A stretch of 64,000 bases of DNA from NCBI GenBank assembly GCA_963693365.1, contig CAVNZM010000010.1, forward strand, positions 2,976,001 through 3,040,000. The letters are read 5' to 3'. The translations under genes and the position numbers were made by a program. Shown here piece by piece: positions 14,517 through 28,325 of the stretch; the first letter of the stretch is position 1; every line of letters starts with the position of its first letter. Origin of the DNA: Amoebidium appalachense. Taxonomy: Eukaryota; Protista; Ichthyosporea. The notes beneath the pieces were generated by a model, which did no database searches, was not told where the DNA came from, and saw only the letters and a list, made by a program, of their open reading frames with translations.

Positions 14517-14586
14517 GCTACAATCAAGGGTTGATATACCATGGGGTTGATATAACTGAGGCGCGCCTGTATAGAGGCTAAGGCCC
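13686..14586. mobile_element. Non-autonomous TIR element (outer host of a nested MITE)
   Basis: TIR GGGCCTTAG(T/C)CTCTATAGC(G/T)CGCAAA is recovered after removing the inner element; 2-bp AT or TA flanks. Confidence 0.7.
14009..14569. mobile_element. pogo/Tc1-type MITE nested in the right TIR of the previous element
   Basis: TIR CAG(T/G)CGCGCCTCAGTTATATCAACCC; TA TSD; internal repeats GGGTTGCTACAATCAAGGGTTGATATA. Confidence 0.85.
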
Positions 14587-15378
14587 ATACTGCAACTCAG
14601 CCTCTCAATCAAGGTACTGTGCACATGTGTACTGAGTGTAGTCAGTTGTCAGTAGCACCAATATTAATACAATCGCATAAAGGTACGTTTCACTACTGAG
14701 TTTTGGGGTTGAGGCGGCTCGGAGCGAGCTTGCTTCAAATTTTCAGCAAATCAATTAATTAGATAATGTCATAACGTACAAGATTAATTACGTTATGCAC
14801 AAAGGGACGTCAAAACAAAGTATTTCAAACAGCTATTTCAAACCAAGGCCTCCGCGGCCGTGACGGTGGTAAGGAGGCCTTGTTTCAAACCCCTGTAAAT
14901 GCTGCGCTAAAGACCAATAAAATTCTTCCCTTCATGAATGCCAGAGGAACGCGGCAAATCCAAATTCTGTTACGTCTTTAGGAGACTTCAAACACAAAGC
15001 TTATAAAGCAAGAGGGAAAAATTCTTACCTTTAATAAGCTAAATATAAAAAGGTCCCGAAATGAGCATTTGGTAGACGAGGGATGCGAGCTACGTTAGCT
15101 AGCTACGTTTTGTAAAGCCATGGGTTGCACCATATTTGGGGAATAGATGATTTTGCCGCGCTTCAGTTGCCACTTTTTCATTGGAATACGCCGCACCGAG
15201 GGCGCGTAAACATGAACTCGAGTTGCTTGAACTTCAAGTGAGAGGCTCCCACACGTCTTGGCCAATCGGGCACGGCTTCGGAACACGGCTGAAAGGTTCA
15301 GTTTTACACATACGAGGCAAAGTTTGAAAATTTATATGTGCCGACATAAAGAAGCCACGGAAGAGTGCGGGTGCGAAG

Positions 15379-16333
15379 ATGAAGTGTGCAGTGGTTCTGG
15401 TTTGTCTGCTGGGCTTAACGGTATCTGTTTTTGCGTCTCCGGTTCTTCAAAAAGCTCGAACGGATGTTGAGGCTGAGGGCCTGCAAAGTGTGCTGCCAGC
15501 TGCAGGTAGGACCAAATCAAGTAGCACGACAGAAAAAGCATGCTAGTCATTCTTGTACGATAAAATTAACCTTAACCCTCCCAGTAGGCGAGCATGCACC
15601 TTTCTTGCGGCTAACGGGGTCTGCACCTGAGCGGCTAGTGGTGCGAGTGGCTGGGTTGCAAAACGCCACAGCACAGGTGACCGGCGAGCAGCTGCTGCTG
15701 CAGATATTGGCTGACGCAAACAGGCCGTGCCTGGCTGCTGACACGTGGGCAGACACGGCCAGCTGTGTGCTGCGCTACTGGCAGGCGCAGCTGGGGCAAC
15801 CTGCCACGGCCATGGCTGACGTCATCCTTGTGGCCGGGCCAGGCACAGTGCACGAGGAGAGACACATGCAGGTGAGCGGGCTGGCCGTGGACGCGCAGCT
15901 GCTGGCCGCCCTGGTGGACGCCACGCTGGCAGACAGCACGCGCCTGGCCGCACCGTACATGGGGGACCAGTTGGCGCAGTACACGCACGTGCAGGTCGAG
16001 GTGCAGCTGCACAGCTGGGCACACACCCTGCTGCACACCCTGGGCCTGCCTGGGCCTGACCCCAGCCCTTGGCCCCTGCCTCCAGCCCGCACGCCCGCCC
16101 TGCCCCCTATAGCTAGCAGCCGCAACAGCAGCACGGTGAAGGTGTCCACCACCATGGTGGCTATGGCCTGGCAGGGCCCACCAAGCAGCAGCAGTCAGCG
16201 GGTGGTGGGGTGGGCCTGGGTGGTGAGTGTGCTGTACCTGCTGGCCTGTGGCCTCAATTCGGTGTGGCCAAGAAAAAACCAGCAACCACCCCACCCAGCA
16301 AAACGTGCCGCACCAAGGTTTACGGTCTGTTGA
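15379..16333 (+). CDS. Uncharacterised type-I membrane protein, about 291 aa, 2 exons
   Basis: Exon 1 15379-15505 (signal-peptide-like MKCAVVLVCLLGLTVSVFA), GT-AG intron 15506-15584, exon 2 15585-16333 in frame with GC3-rich codons; Pro/Ser stalk and hydrophobic VVGWAWVVSVLYLLACGL. Confidence 0.75.
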
Positions 16334-17118
16334 GCCCTGGTGGGGTTGAAAGCAGGTGGCACGTTAGCTGCACAGGTGCACACACCATTTGGTTTAGTTA
16401 GTATGTACGGACGCAATTCACAACTGAGTTTTTAACACCGTTGATCACTAGTCGATCTTATAAGAGTAAGCACTATATATTTTGGAGCCTAGCAGGTTTT
16501 TGAATTTACGAGTATGGCAAGAAGACCTTTATCAGTGCACACGTGTGCAAGCAGAAGCGAACGAACAGCAACCAGCATACCAAATACCATGCAGGTGTGC
16601 CGACCAGATACCACCCAGTAAAGTCATGAGGACTGGTTGCCTCGTGCAAAAGCACATACGTTGTACATCATACAGGCTGTCCCACACAGAAGTGTTGTGC
16701 AAGTCTCGCTGGTTGGGGTCTATGAGGTCATTGTAATATTATGAGTCTGAGGTTACATGCTTGCACTAAAGGAATAGGACAAAGAGAAGGCCGAATGTAT
16801 TCGCAGGTTATGACGATGCTTTGTTGTTGCTGTGGCCCGGTTATACCGGAGTGAACACGCGGTATTGCTCGCACAGTGGTGCCACGTCGTTGATATATGC
16901 CTACATTGCTGCCTTACAGATCTATTTTCAGAGAACAACGAGGGCAGCTCCCCATATGTACTCGAGGCTGGCAGTTGCCACAGTTACGTGTAGCTAAGCT
17001 CTGCCGCCTTCACACTGAGCAAGCCTTCTGACAACAACAACCCCCCCCCCCCCCCTCCCCCCTTTGCCCACCCACCCATCACACGCAGACACAAGCCAGT
17101 ACACCCAAGCGCACCCCA

Positions 17119-17304
17119 CTACTTCTGGAAGGCCTTTGCCATCTCTCTGAAGGCGGCCATCTTCTCGTCCTCCCTAGCCCGGTGCTCGGCCAGCTTGCTT
17201 GTTGCTGCCGCCACGGCCTTGGCCTGCTTGGCCTCCCGCCACTCCCGCTGCCGTGCTGCCTGCCGCCTGCACCCCCCTGTCAGCCACCCACCCCTCCACC
17301 CTGC

Positions 17305-17351
<47 letters not shown>

Positions 17352-18892
17352 ACCTGATATCGTCCGGGCCCGGCCCACCGTAGACGTCCACCGTGACGTC
17401 TGGGCTGGCCTCCCTCTCCCTGCGCTGCTGCTGGCGCACAGCCCTCTGCTCTACCCTGCGCTCGTGGGTGCTGCTAGGGCGGGGCAGCAGCTCGTCCAGG
17501 CCCTCCCTCTGCTCCTTGCGGAACCGCTTGCGCTCTGCACGCAGTGCCTCCTTGGCTGCCTCACGCTCCTGCAGCACCAGGTCAGAGGAAACGTACAGGC
17601 AGTACACGGCATAGACAAGCACACTCGAGGCCAGAAAGTGATTCCATCGCGTGGAGGTATGTGTGTTTGGAGAAGACAGTGGGCAGGCGGGAAGGCGGGC
17701 CCCGTTGTGTGTGTATGTGTGCGTGTGTGTGTATGTGTTGGGGGTTGGGGTGGGGTGGGGGGTGGGGGGTCGGGGATTTTGGGGGGGGGAGGGGAGCGGG
17801 GGTGGGGGTTGGGGGTGGGGGAGAGCAACCAAGGAGGAGGAGAAGGTGCACACTGGGCATGGAATATCTTGTAGGCTACGGAACATGATTACTACCCACA
17901 CAACTGACCTAGCCCACGACAGTCATCACAAGCAGAGGGAGGACTGGGGGGGGGGGGGGGGGGGGGGGGGGAGGGGGGGGGAAGGGAGGGGGGGGAGGGG
18001 CTGGCTACCAAGGCCTCTTCGTGCTCGTCGTCCCTCTGCTTGTTGCCTATCTCGAAGCGCTTGCTGTTGTTTGTCAGCCCGTCTATCTGGTCACGTGCTG
18101 CCTGCAGCTGCTGCTGGTCCGTCTTGCCCATGTTCTGTGCAAACGACCATTTGTACCTGCCCCACCAACCAAAGGGCAGGAGCTTTAGTACACAGGCCCT
18201 CCTTCTTCCCCCCGCTCCCCTCTCCCCCCCCCCCCTCCCCTCCCCCCACCCTTCCCTCCCCCCGGCACACACGCACGCACCTGGTCCTGTCTGTGGGGGC
18301 CAGCTGCTCCCTGCTTATGCCCTTGTAGTACTTCTTGGCCAGCTTGCCGTCGTTCCACCTGCGCACAAACTTGCCAAACAGCCGCCGGGCCTCGTCGGCC
18401 TTCAGATCGTCAAAGTAGCTGCCTCGCTCCTCCTGCAGCCACGTCTGGAACTCCGCACTCTGCAAGTGTGTGTGCCTGTCAGTGTGCGCCTGAAGGAGGG
18501 GACGCGTAGCAGCAAGCTCGGCACGGTGCAAGGGGAAGAGGGGGAGGAGGGGGGGGGGGGGGGGGTATGCCTGCCCGTGCCTGTTTTGTGTACAGATGCA
18601 GGAGTTTATGCTCGCGGAGTCTATGCTGGCGTTTTGTGCGAGGAAGTCTGTGTCTGTGTGCCGGCGGTTGTAAATGTATGTGTTTGTGTGTGTATGCATG
18701 CCCGCATGTGCGGTGTGTGTGTATGTGTGTGTGTGAATAGCCAAGTGTGCGTGTTTGTGTGTGGGCATGTTAGTGTGCGTGCGTGCGTGTGTTTGTATGT
18801 ACGTGTTTGTGTGTGCGCGCTTGTACGTGTGTGTGTGTGTACGAGCGCACACGTGTGTGTGTGCATGTGTTGGTGTTTGTGTGTGCACGCAC

Positions 18893-18981
<89 letters not shown>

Positions 18982-19467
18982 ACCAGTACCTTCTTGAAGT
19001 AATCCTCCTCGTCTATCTGCTCCTTGACCGTGCGCACCTTCTCTTCTGCCCAGCCACGTGCCTGTCAGCCCTCTGCACCCCCACACAAGCTCTTGAGCCA
19101 CACCCACCAAGCCTTATTCCTCCTACAGCCCACAACCACCCGCGTCCTCGAGGGTAGGGGCTTAAAGACGAGGGGAGAGATGGGGGGGGGGGGTGGGGGG
19201 GGGGGGGGGGGGGGGGGGAGGGAGGGAGGGAGGGAGGAAGGTGGGGGATGAATGCCTTTGCTGTGCTTTTTCTTCTTCTTCTTCTTGTCCTTGGAGGACT
19301 TGTGCTTCTTGTGCTTCCGCCTGTCCTCTGGTCAAGGCTCAGGTCAGTACACAGTCGACACACACCCCCAGACTATGGCAGGAAAGTCCATAGCTCCAGG
19401 AAAGGTGTGTGCAGGCAAGTGTGTCACGGTCTCTGTGTGCCCGTAACGGCGGGTAGATATGGCCTCC

Positions 19468-19498
<31 letters not shown>

Positions 19499-19664
19499 AC
19501 CGTCCCCCTCCCTCCTCCCAACACACACAGACAGACACAGCCCCCCCGGTCCACCCCCTCCCCCCTCTCCTCCCCTTCCTTCTCCACCAGCACTAGCACC
19601 TACCCTCCGAGCTGTCACTGCTGCTCTCAGACCCCGAGGGGTCCTCGGCGGAGCGTTTGGGCAT
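17119..19664 (-). CDS. SCI1 (style cell-cycle inhibitor 1)-like nuclear protein with coiled-coil C-terminal extension, about 7 exons
   Basis: MPKRSAED..., Lys-rich KHKKHKSSKDKKKKKKKH, IDEEDYFKK|SAEFQTWLQEERGSYFDDLKADEARRLFGKFVRRWNDGKLAKKYYKGI, RYKWSF, LDELLP, EDEKMAAFREMA; stop at 17119-17121. Confidence 0.8.
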
Positions 19665-19844
19665 GGCTGTGGCCAGTGGCTGTGCCAGCTGTCGCAGTGT
19701 CGTGTCTGGCGCACTCGGTCTGCAGTATTCGGTGTTTATTCGAAGGAATCCCGAGTTGCCTATCACACAGACGTGTACATTTCAAGTTGGCAAGTGTTGA
19801 GCAGTTGCATGACACGTCCCCTGTGTACACGTACGTAAGAGGGT

Positions 19845-21439
19845 TGTGATGCCAATATGATTGGCTTAGCCGATCTATCCAGCTAGGTGATCAATACGGG
19901 CAGAGCCCGACTCGGCGCAGCAGGCATAAAAACGGAGCAACAGGCTTGAAGCCAGAGGTTCCTTCCACAACCAAACTCTCGTCTTTGTTCCACTCTTCTT
20001 CTCTCACTCACCAACGATTACAACTTCACATGGTAGCAGAGAGGTCTTTCCTCCTCGAAGGCTTCATTGCCTCGAGCCCTTCTCTGGACATCACCAAGCC
20101 ATCAGCACGCTATGGGCCCCGTGCTGCGCTACAACTCTGCTACGCTGCCCTGCTGAGCGCTCTTCTTCTACGCCTGGCTTCTCTTCTGTCTGCACCAGGT
20201 CCCGCGCCAGCCCCAGACTGCAGCCCTACACAAGGAAAGTTTTTCGTTTCTCTCCAGCCCATGTTGCATGTCTGCACATCAGATGCGTGCACATTGTTTA
20301 TTTAAAGATCTTCAAAAGTCAAGCTTTATCAAAAACCGAGAACATGCCATTCATTCATGCTCTTGCTGCACTTTTTACATTTTACCCACCATTTTCATGT
20401 TTTGCCATGACCATCACTAAATCAATCATTCATCCGATCAGTTCAATCAAATGACAATCAACCATCAGTGCAATCATTTTCGAAGACATCGCAAATCACT
20501 ACAATGCACGGATACCACCTAACTTTGTTAACAACCGGCCACCCCCCTTCTTTTTTTCCACCTCTATAACCCGTTTATTTCAACTTCTAAGAAGCCTTTA
20601 CCTCTTACACTGGGCTGGCGAAACGTGGTTTAGGGGCACAAACAAACAACGACGACTCTAACAGCCCGGTTGGAACCCCACGTCGACTCTGCCCTCAGTG
20701 CTTTCCCTTTGCAACAACAGAACACAACTAACCAAACCTGACCACACACACAATCACACCTGGAAACACCTGTTTCCGTCAACACCCCTTCTGGCCCTAT
20801 TCAGTATCAACAACCAAGGTTCACAACATAAACACTTCTAACCACTGACTTTCCCTAGTTCACACACCCCAACCACCACGGCAAGAGCAACTACAACATC
20901 GTCCCATTGCCAGCAACAAGGACGAGGACGGTCACTGGTGCAACTCTGGAGACAACACTATTAGAAAACCTGGCTCCTATACCTGTGACCCCTCCCTAGC
21001 AAAAGACTAGTTGGCACAGGGAAAATGGAACGCTGAAAGGCCTTTTGGAGGTTTTACCGAGTAAGCAACCGTTATGCACATGCCAGTGTGCCCTTGCACG
21101 TACATGCAGACCGTAACTTAGCCTGCATGCATGTATGAGTGCTATGTAACTATTTATAATTTTTTTCAACAACCAACAAAACGTTTATATGTAGACTTTG
21201 CTCTACTGTCAAGCTCGGGGACGGGCTTGCTTGACCCCGTACCATGTGATGCCAATATGATTGGCTTAGCCGATCTATCCAGTTAATCCGGCTAGGTGAC
21301 CAATGCGGGCAGAGCCCGACTCGGCGCAGCAGGCATAAAAACGGAGCAACAGGCTTGAAGCCAGAGGTTCCTTCCACAACCAAACTCTCGTCTTTGTTCC
21401 ACTCTTCTTCTCTCACTCACCAACGATTACAACTTCACA
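19845..21439 (+). mobile_element. Non-autonomous LTR retroelement (TRIM-like, probably gypsy-derived)
   Basis: Near-identical TG..CA LTRs at 19845-20030 and 21245-21439; PBS TGGTAGCAGAG (tRNA-iMet 3' end) at 20031; 4-bp TSD GGGT; 1.2-kb internal region with no intact ORF. Confidence 0.9.
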
Positions 21440-22404
21440 GGGTACGTGAGAGGGGCCAGCTATTGGCTGTAATGGTATCGGCACTACACTAAAAAAAGCA
21501 GAGATGTTGGTTGGCTGATCGAGCACCATTTAGTTGGCATATACTGAGGGTCAACTGGAGTCTCGCGTAAAAGCTATCGATCTGCAGGGCTTTTCGTATT
21601 CTCACAACATGCCATTCTTATAAAAAGCAGCTTTTAAATGCTGTATGAACGGACTCCCTCTGCCTTTTTTTCACTTGGAATTTCCAAGAGACCGTCTCAG
21701 GCAGACAAACACAAACCATTGAAGTCTGTCATCAGCTTCAAACCTTACGTTAACAATTGGACACAGATCATGCAACAATAAATAGGGAAAATAAAAATTG
21801 GCATACCAGAATATTCGGCGCGTTAGATTCACAAATCAGAACACAAATTGTAAATTCCAGACCACATATGGTATCTGCAGGAATCCGTCCCGTTCGCCGT
21901 TACTGTTAGCAATATTTAGTGCGTAAACCCCCCAGTCTCCCGACTATGCAGGGGTGCCGCCAGTGGCTTCAAGTTCACAACGCATTAATGTGTATTCTGC
22001 ATGTAGGGCCTACTGCATACATGAGAAAGTTGTGTCGTAATGGTCGACAGCCTGGCTGTGGTAGCAAGCAGATACTTCAAAGGGCCAGGAATATTTTCTA
22101 GGGCACTACTATTTGGGCACGAACGAATTTCATTTGTGAGACAGTCCCTGGTGCAGAACCCTGTGATCTTGAACGTCACAACACCACGAGGCACTGACAA
22201 CAACCGTGTTCATCTTATTAACATTAGATAGGCACAGAGTTTTGGCTCTGTATTACCCGAAAACACACACGCTCTCTCGAACTGGGAAATACGACATCAA
22301 CCTAAGGATGTTGTGAACTACGACCTGCAAATACAACACGGCACAACACAACAGGTGGGGCAAAAACACTCCAACAGCAGCCCTGTGGAGGGACATCGGC
22401 ACCA

Positions 22405-24041
22405 ATGGGCCACAGGACGGGGCTGTTGGCCCTGCTTAGCCTACTCGTGGCCGGTCAGGCTGCAGCGCAAGACAATGTTATCACCTCGAGTAAGTGCCTG
22501 GGTGTGGTGTGTTGAGATCGTGTGTGTGTGCTTGTGTGGTGTGTGTGTGTGTGTGTTGGAGTGCACACCCTTCGGCGGTGCACGCACTTGTTTGTATGTG
22601 TGTACGCGCCTGTGCGTGAGTGCGTTTGTCTGTGTCAGCATCTTTTTGTGCATGCCTGCCTGCTTGCGTGTGCGTGTCCGTCAGGTGCATGTGCATGTGT
22701 GCGCATGGCAATGCCTGGTTGTTCACGTTTGAACGTTGTTGGAACGACTTTATGTGTCGTTTGCTTTTCCAGGTATGCGTGCTCGCGCTCACATGAAACT
22801 GACCTTTATATGAACAAAGCTGTCGGATTCCCTGAGTACGAGACAGTCCTTGCATTGGGCAGCACGCGTATGGTGGCTTTTTCAAAACACTAGAGAATAT
22901 TTTAAAAGAGAAAAGGGTAAGGTCACGTGTTTGCTACGTACCGTGTATTGTGTGTGTATGTGCGTGTGCTTGTGTGTGCATGTGTGTGTATGTGCTTGTG
23001 TGTATGTGTGTTTGTATGTGCTTGTGTTTGTTTGTGTGTGTGTGTGTGCCCTCATGTTCAACCTGCAAGTTTGTCACGTGGTCAGTATTGCAACCCAGTG
23101 TACCACTTCGGAACAGCATAATGGCATATCGGACTAGCTGAACTTCTCGCGTGTTATCCCCCCAAAAAGCGCTTTCGTAGTCGTGAAACACATATTTCAT
23201 GAAAGCTTTTAACTTTTATTTAATTGATTTGTAGAAATAACAGTCCTGCAGGCAGAGCTGCAGCCAAAACAATTAGCCAACAAGGTGACAAAAACCAATA
23301 TATTGTGGCTAACCACCTGCCATAATGGCGTGTAAATACTTGGCCACTTTTGATTGGGTAACATCTGCCATCATGCTTGTAGGCACTGTGGCTGGCGCTC
23401 GTGTGTGTGGCTGTGTACAGTGTGGTAGTCTGCCAGTGCGAGAGTACCTTTCTGCCTGCCAAATCTTGAAAGTGCGATAAAATACGCACGAAAGTTGTTT
23501 ATCACAGCTTACCAATGCATGCATACGCCCCCGTGACCACGCCTACCACCAGCAGCCAAACACTAACAGAGAGGACACACACACAGGCCCCGTGACAGCC
23601 ATAGCCGGGCTGATATTCCGGGACAGCAACAACAACCAGCGCTTTGATGCCGGGGAGGGTGTAAACGGCTGCACGGTGGTGCTGCGCACGGAGGATGGCC
23701 GGCAGGTGCTGAAACGTGCAAACACAGCAAATGACGGCAGATACATCTTCAGGGTCGACCCGGGCAGGTACGACGTGCTCATAGACTCCATCCCCGGCGT
23801 CATCTTCCCCCCCACCGTGAGGCGCAACAAGACACTGGAGGTCACTGACGGCTACCAGTTCTATAACTTCTTCCTGAAGGGCCCGGTGCAGAAAGGTACG
23901 GGGGCAGAAACATGCAGTCTCAACACGTACATGCAAAAAAGAAACACTGAACATGAATATTTTAATACGCCACACACGAAGGCCATGCACAGACATTTAA
24001 CAGGCGTGCACGCACACATGCACATGTGCGCGCGCGCGCGT

Positions 24042-24100
<59 letters not shown>

Positions 24101-25466
24101 AACACACGCACACGCACACGCATACGCATACGCACACGCACACGCACACGCACACACGCGTGCCTTGCACGTGCACACACAGCGCACAGCACATCTACAC
24201 ACACACACCACACACTCGCGCACACACACACTCATATGGACATGCACACGCAAACACACTCGCACACACGCACGGTCGCGCGCACACGCACGGTCGCGCA
24301 CACACGCGCGGTCGCGCACACACGCACGGGCGCGCACACACGCACGGGCGCGCACACACCAGTTGGAAGCACACCAAACACATAGAGACACACACAGACA
24401 CACCCCTGCACGCAATATGCGCGCGCACACACGTACACGTACACGTACACACAAGTACAAGTACACGTACATGTACCCACTAGTACACAAAATCTGTACA
24501 CACACAGACAGATATCGTCATACACCTCCTGTGCAACCCACTCGCACTCGTGGGGGGTCACAACTCTAGCTAAACACGTACTAGCATACACACAGACATC
24601 TCATACAGCACGGCAGCTGCTATCGGGTAAGAAAAGGTTATGCTGCACACACCCTACAAGCAAATACAGACATGGACACGCATTGCTTTGCTATAACGCA
24701 AAGTAGAACCGCTATGCACACACCAAGACACATGTACGAGCAAACACACATGCAAACACGTGTCGGACACGGACACACACAACTGCCTAGGCGTGTAGGC
24801 AAGCAGGTGTGTGGTGCACCATGCACCCTACCTGCGTGCACGCACATGAGCACCACCTATGCATGGCACGGGACCTTGTGCACGGATTCGGATACAAAGA
24901 CATAGGTCACCCACACATTCCAGCCACACAGCTGCATCAGGCACCCACTTAGATACACTAGAGGTCATGGGGGTGGCAGCCAGAGGAGCACTGGTATGCA
25001 TGTAAAACGAGAAGATACACCCACACACCTTGTTACTCTTATGCCCTTCTTAACCCTCCAACCCCACCAGGCACCATACGGGGGCAGATTATTCGGGACC
25101 AGAACAGCAACCGGCTGCCTGACGAAGGGGAGGGCATTGGGGGAGCGCTGGTGGTGGTCAAGGATGCAGCAGGGGTGCAGGTGGCCAACACCACCACAAA
25201 TGCCAATGGGCTGTACACATTTGCCCTGAGGCCAGCCATCTATGACGTGTGGATCGAGGCCATCCCCGGCGTCACATTTCCGGCCGCCGTGAGGCGCAAC
25301 CGCCAGATCACCCTGGTAGCCAATCAGACTGCAAGCTACAACTTTGCTATTGGTATGTTGCTTTGGTTTGATTTTTTACTTATTCAGCTATTTTTTTTAA
25401 ATTATTTCAAATTCGTTTTTTTTTTTTTTTCTGTTTTTTTTTTTTTTTTTTGGCCGGGGGGTGGGT

Positions 25467-25502
<36 letters not shown>

Positions 25503-28261
25503 GGGGGGGGGGGGGGGGGGGGGGGGAGGTATGGAGGAGGGGAGAAGAGAGCGATGGGGATGGTGCACGAGTGCGGGTGTGGTTGATTTTAAGATGGAGG
25601 CATGGCCTGTATGGCCTATTTTAAGGTGCGGGTATAGTTTTTTTTAATTGCTGGTATGGTGTATTATTATATGGGAGAGTATGGTCTATTATTAGGTGCG
25701 AGTGCTATCTATTCTCGGTGCCGGTCTGACCATCCAACCAGGGCCATCAGTCGGCAGCAGCCTGAGTGGGCGGGTTTACAACGACCTCAACGGGGACGGC
25801 GCATATGCACCCAGTGAGGGCCTGCCGTTTGTGCTGGTGGGCCTTGTGGATGGTGCAGGCAAGCAGCTGGCCACGGCCGAGACGGATGCTGGCGGGACCT
25901 TCCGCATGCGGCTGCCTGGGCCGGGCAGCTACCGGGTGGTGGCACTGGACGGCACGGCCGACTTGCTGCCTGCCGACCCTAAGGGCATGCCTGTCACAGT
26001 GGCTGCAAACACACAGCCGCCTACGGTGAACCTGAGGTTCAGGGATGAAGGTGAGGGCGGATGGTGCTGAGAAGAGGCGGCTGGCGTATTTTTACTACTT
26101 GGGGGGGGGGGGGGGGGGGGGATGGAGAGGAGGCAGATAGGATGCAACACAGGGTGCACACCACCTGGTGGCATGCCTGCAGCCCAGGTCATGTACCATG
26201 GGCTGGCTGCTGACTGGGTGCCTGCAGCCCAGGTCATGTACCATGGGCTGGCTGCTGACTGGGTGCCTGCAGGCACCATCGGGGCGGCCTCCATCGACAA
26301 CGCCACCAATGTGCCTGTCCAGGTCCCCAAGCCTGCCCCCCCACCACCTGCCCCACCGGCACCAGCACCAGCCCCCAGCCCTCCCCCCGCCCCCGAGCCC
26401 CCCCCCGGCCCCCAAACCAGCACCAGCGCCAGGGCCAGCACCCACTGTTGGTGCCGTGACGGGCACAGTGTACCAGGACAAGGACGGCAATAAGTGGCCT
26501 GGGCCCGGTGAGGGCCTGGCAGGGGTGCAGGTGCAGCTGCTGAGCATGATGGGGCCTGAGGCCACGGCACAGACTGGGCCGGCAGGCACATATACCCTGC
26601 AGCCCTCAGCCCCCGGCATGTACCGTGTGGTCGTGGTGCCCCCCAGCGGCATGGCCGTGGCCTGGGAAGTGGACGGAATTTCCGACGGGTCTATGTCATT
26701 GCTGGTCACTGGCCAACAGCAGGTCAACAACATAGACTTTGCTCTGGCACCCCCAGGTACGTGCTAACATGCATGCACGTGCAAGCATAGTGTGCACATG
26801 CATGCACGTGCAAGCATAGAATGTACATGCATGCACGTGCCAGCATAGAATGTACATATGCATGCACGTGCAAGCATAGAATGTACATGCATGCACATGC
26901 AACATACTATGTGCATGCATGCATGTTCAAACATAGAATGTACATGCATGCACGTATCAACCTCTGTGCATGCATGGACGACAAACATGACAAGACAGCG
27001 ACATGCACCTGCAAGCATTTGTACACGTATGCAGCTCTAAACACGTGTGCCAGTGTGCTCTGCACATGCATGCACGTGCAAACATTGGTGTACACTTGCA
27101 CACGCCTGCGTGTCTCTCATGTGTTGCTGACACGCCATCCACCAGCCATCACGGGTAGCATTGTGTCGGCCACGGGGCAGGGCTTGAAGGATGTGATGGT
27201 CAAGCTGCTGGACGGCAAGGAGGAGGCGGTGGATGTGGTGACCAGCCAGCAGGACGGCAGCTACGCCTTCAAGCTGCCCCCCGCAGGCAGCTACCGCGTC
27301 ATGGTCGTGGTGCCCGACGGCCTGCAGGTCGCCAGCGACCCAGACGGCCCCATCGACGGGTTTGCGGCCGTGACGGTGGCCCGGTCAGCCGTGCGAGTGG
27401 GGCCCTTTGGCCTGGAGCAAGCAGGCAAGTGGGCACATGCTGTGACACGTGGCTTTGTTATGTTGTGTTTATGTGTTGTGGCATATGTTGTGGCATATGC
27501 TATGGCACGTGTGTTGTGAGCAGGTTGCTGGGCCCTGGAGACACATAGGTGCTATGCACGGCAGCATGATTTGATTGCTTAGCAACAACAGGCACGAGCA
27601 GTGATCTGGGTTTCCTGATGATGGAAGGCCAGGCCCTCTGAGGTATCTGGGAGAGCCAGTCGGGTAGCATGGTCACTACCATATTAGGAAACCGTGAACA
27701 GTTTTAGTAGCCGACACTCTCTCCAGTCAGCTGTTTGCACCAGCCAATGACCGTGTCTGCTGTTGCCCGTACTCAGATATGGCCGCTAGGCTGGTCTCAT
27801 TGGCTCATGCTGGCCTGCCATTGCCACCGGACATAAAATATGGTGTGTGAATGCCTGACTTTTATCCAATGACCCGCAGGGCCCACGGGCATCACGGGTA
27901 CCATCTTCCAGGATGCAAATGGCAACGGCCGGGCCGACAGCGGGGAGGGCTTGAAGGATGTGATGGTCAAGCTGCTGGACGGCAAGGGGGTGGCGGTGGA
28001 TGTGGTGACCAGCCAGCAGGACGGCAGCTACGTCTTCAAGCTGCCCCCCGCAGGCAGCTACCGCGTCATGGTCGTGGTGCCCGACGGCCTGCAGGTCGCC
28101 AGCGACCCCGACGTCCCCGTGGATGGTTTTGGGTCGGTCACCGTGGGCAAGACAAGCCCGCCCCCCCTGGACTTTGGCCTGAGCAGAGGTGGGCTGATGG
28201 GTCTATCATGCATGGTTGGGGCATGTGTATGTGGGGGTGATGCGGTTTTTTTTTTTTTTTT

Positions 28262-28325
<64 letters not shown>

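Noticed and set aside
26395-26415. Programmed frameshift or pseudogenisation in the repeat-protein gene
   Set aside because: The shift lies in C homopolymers and is most likely a sequencing error; reads are needed to decide
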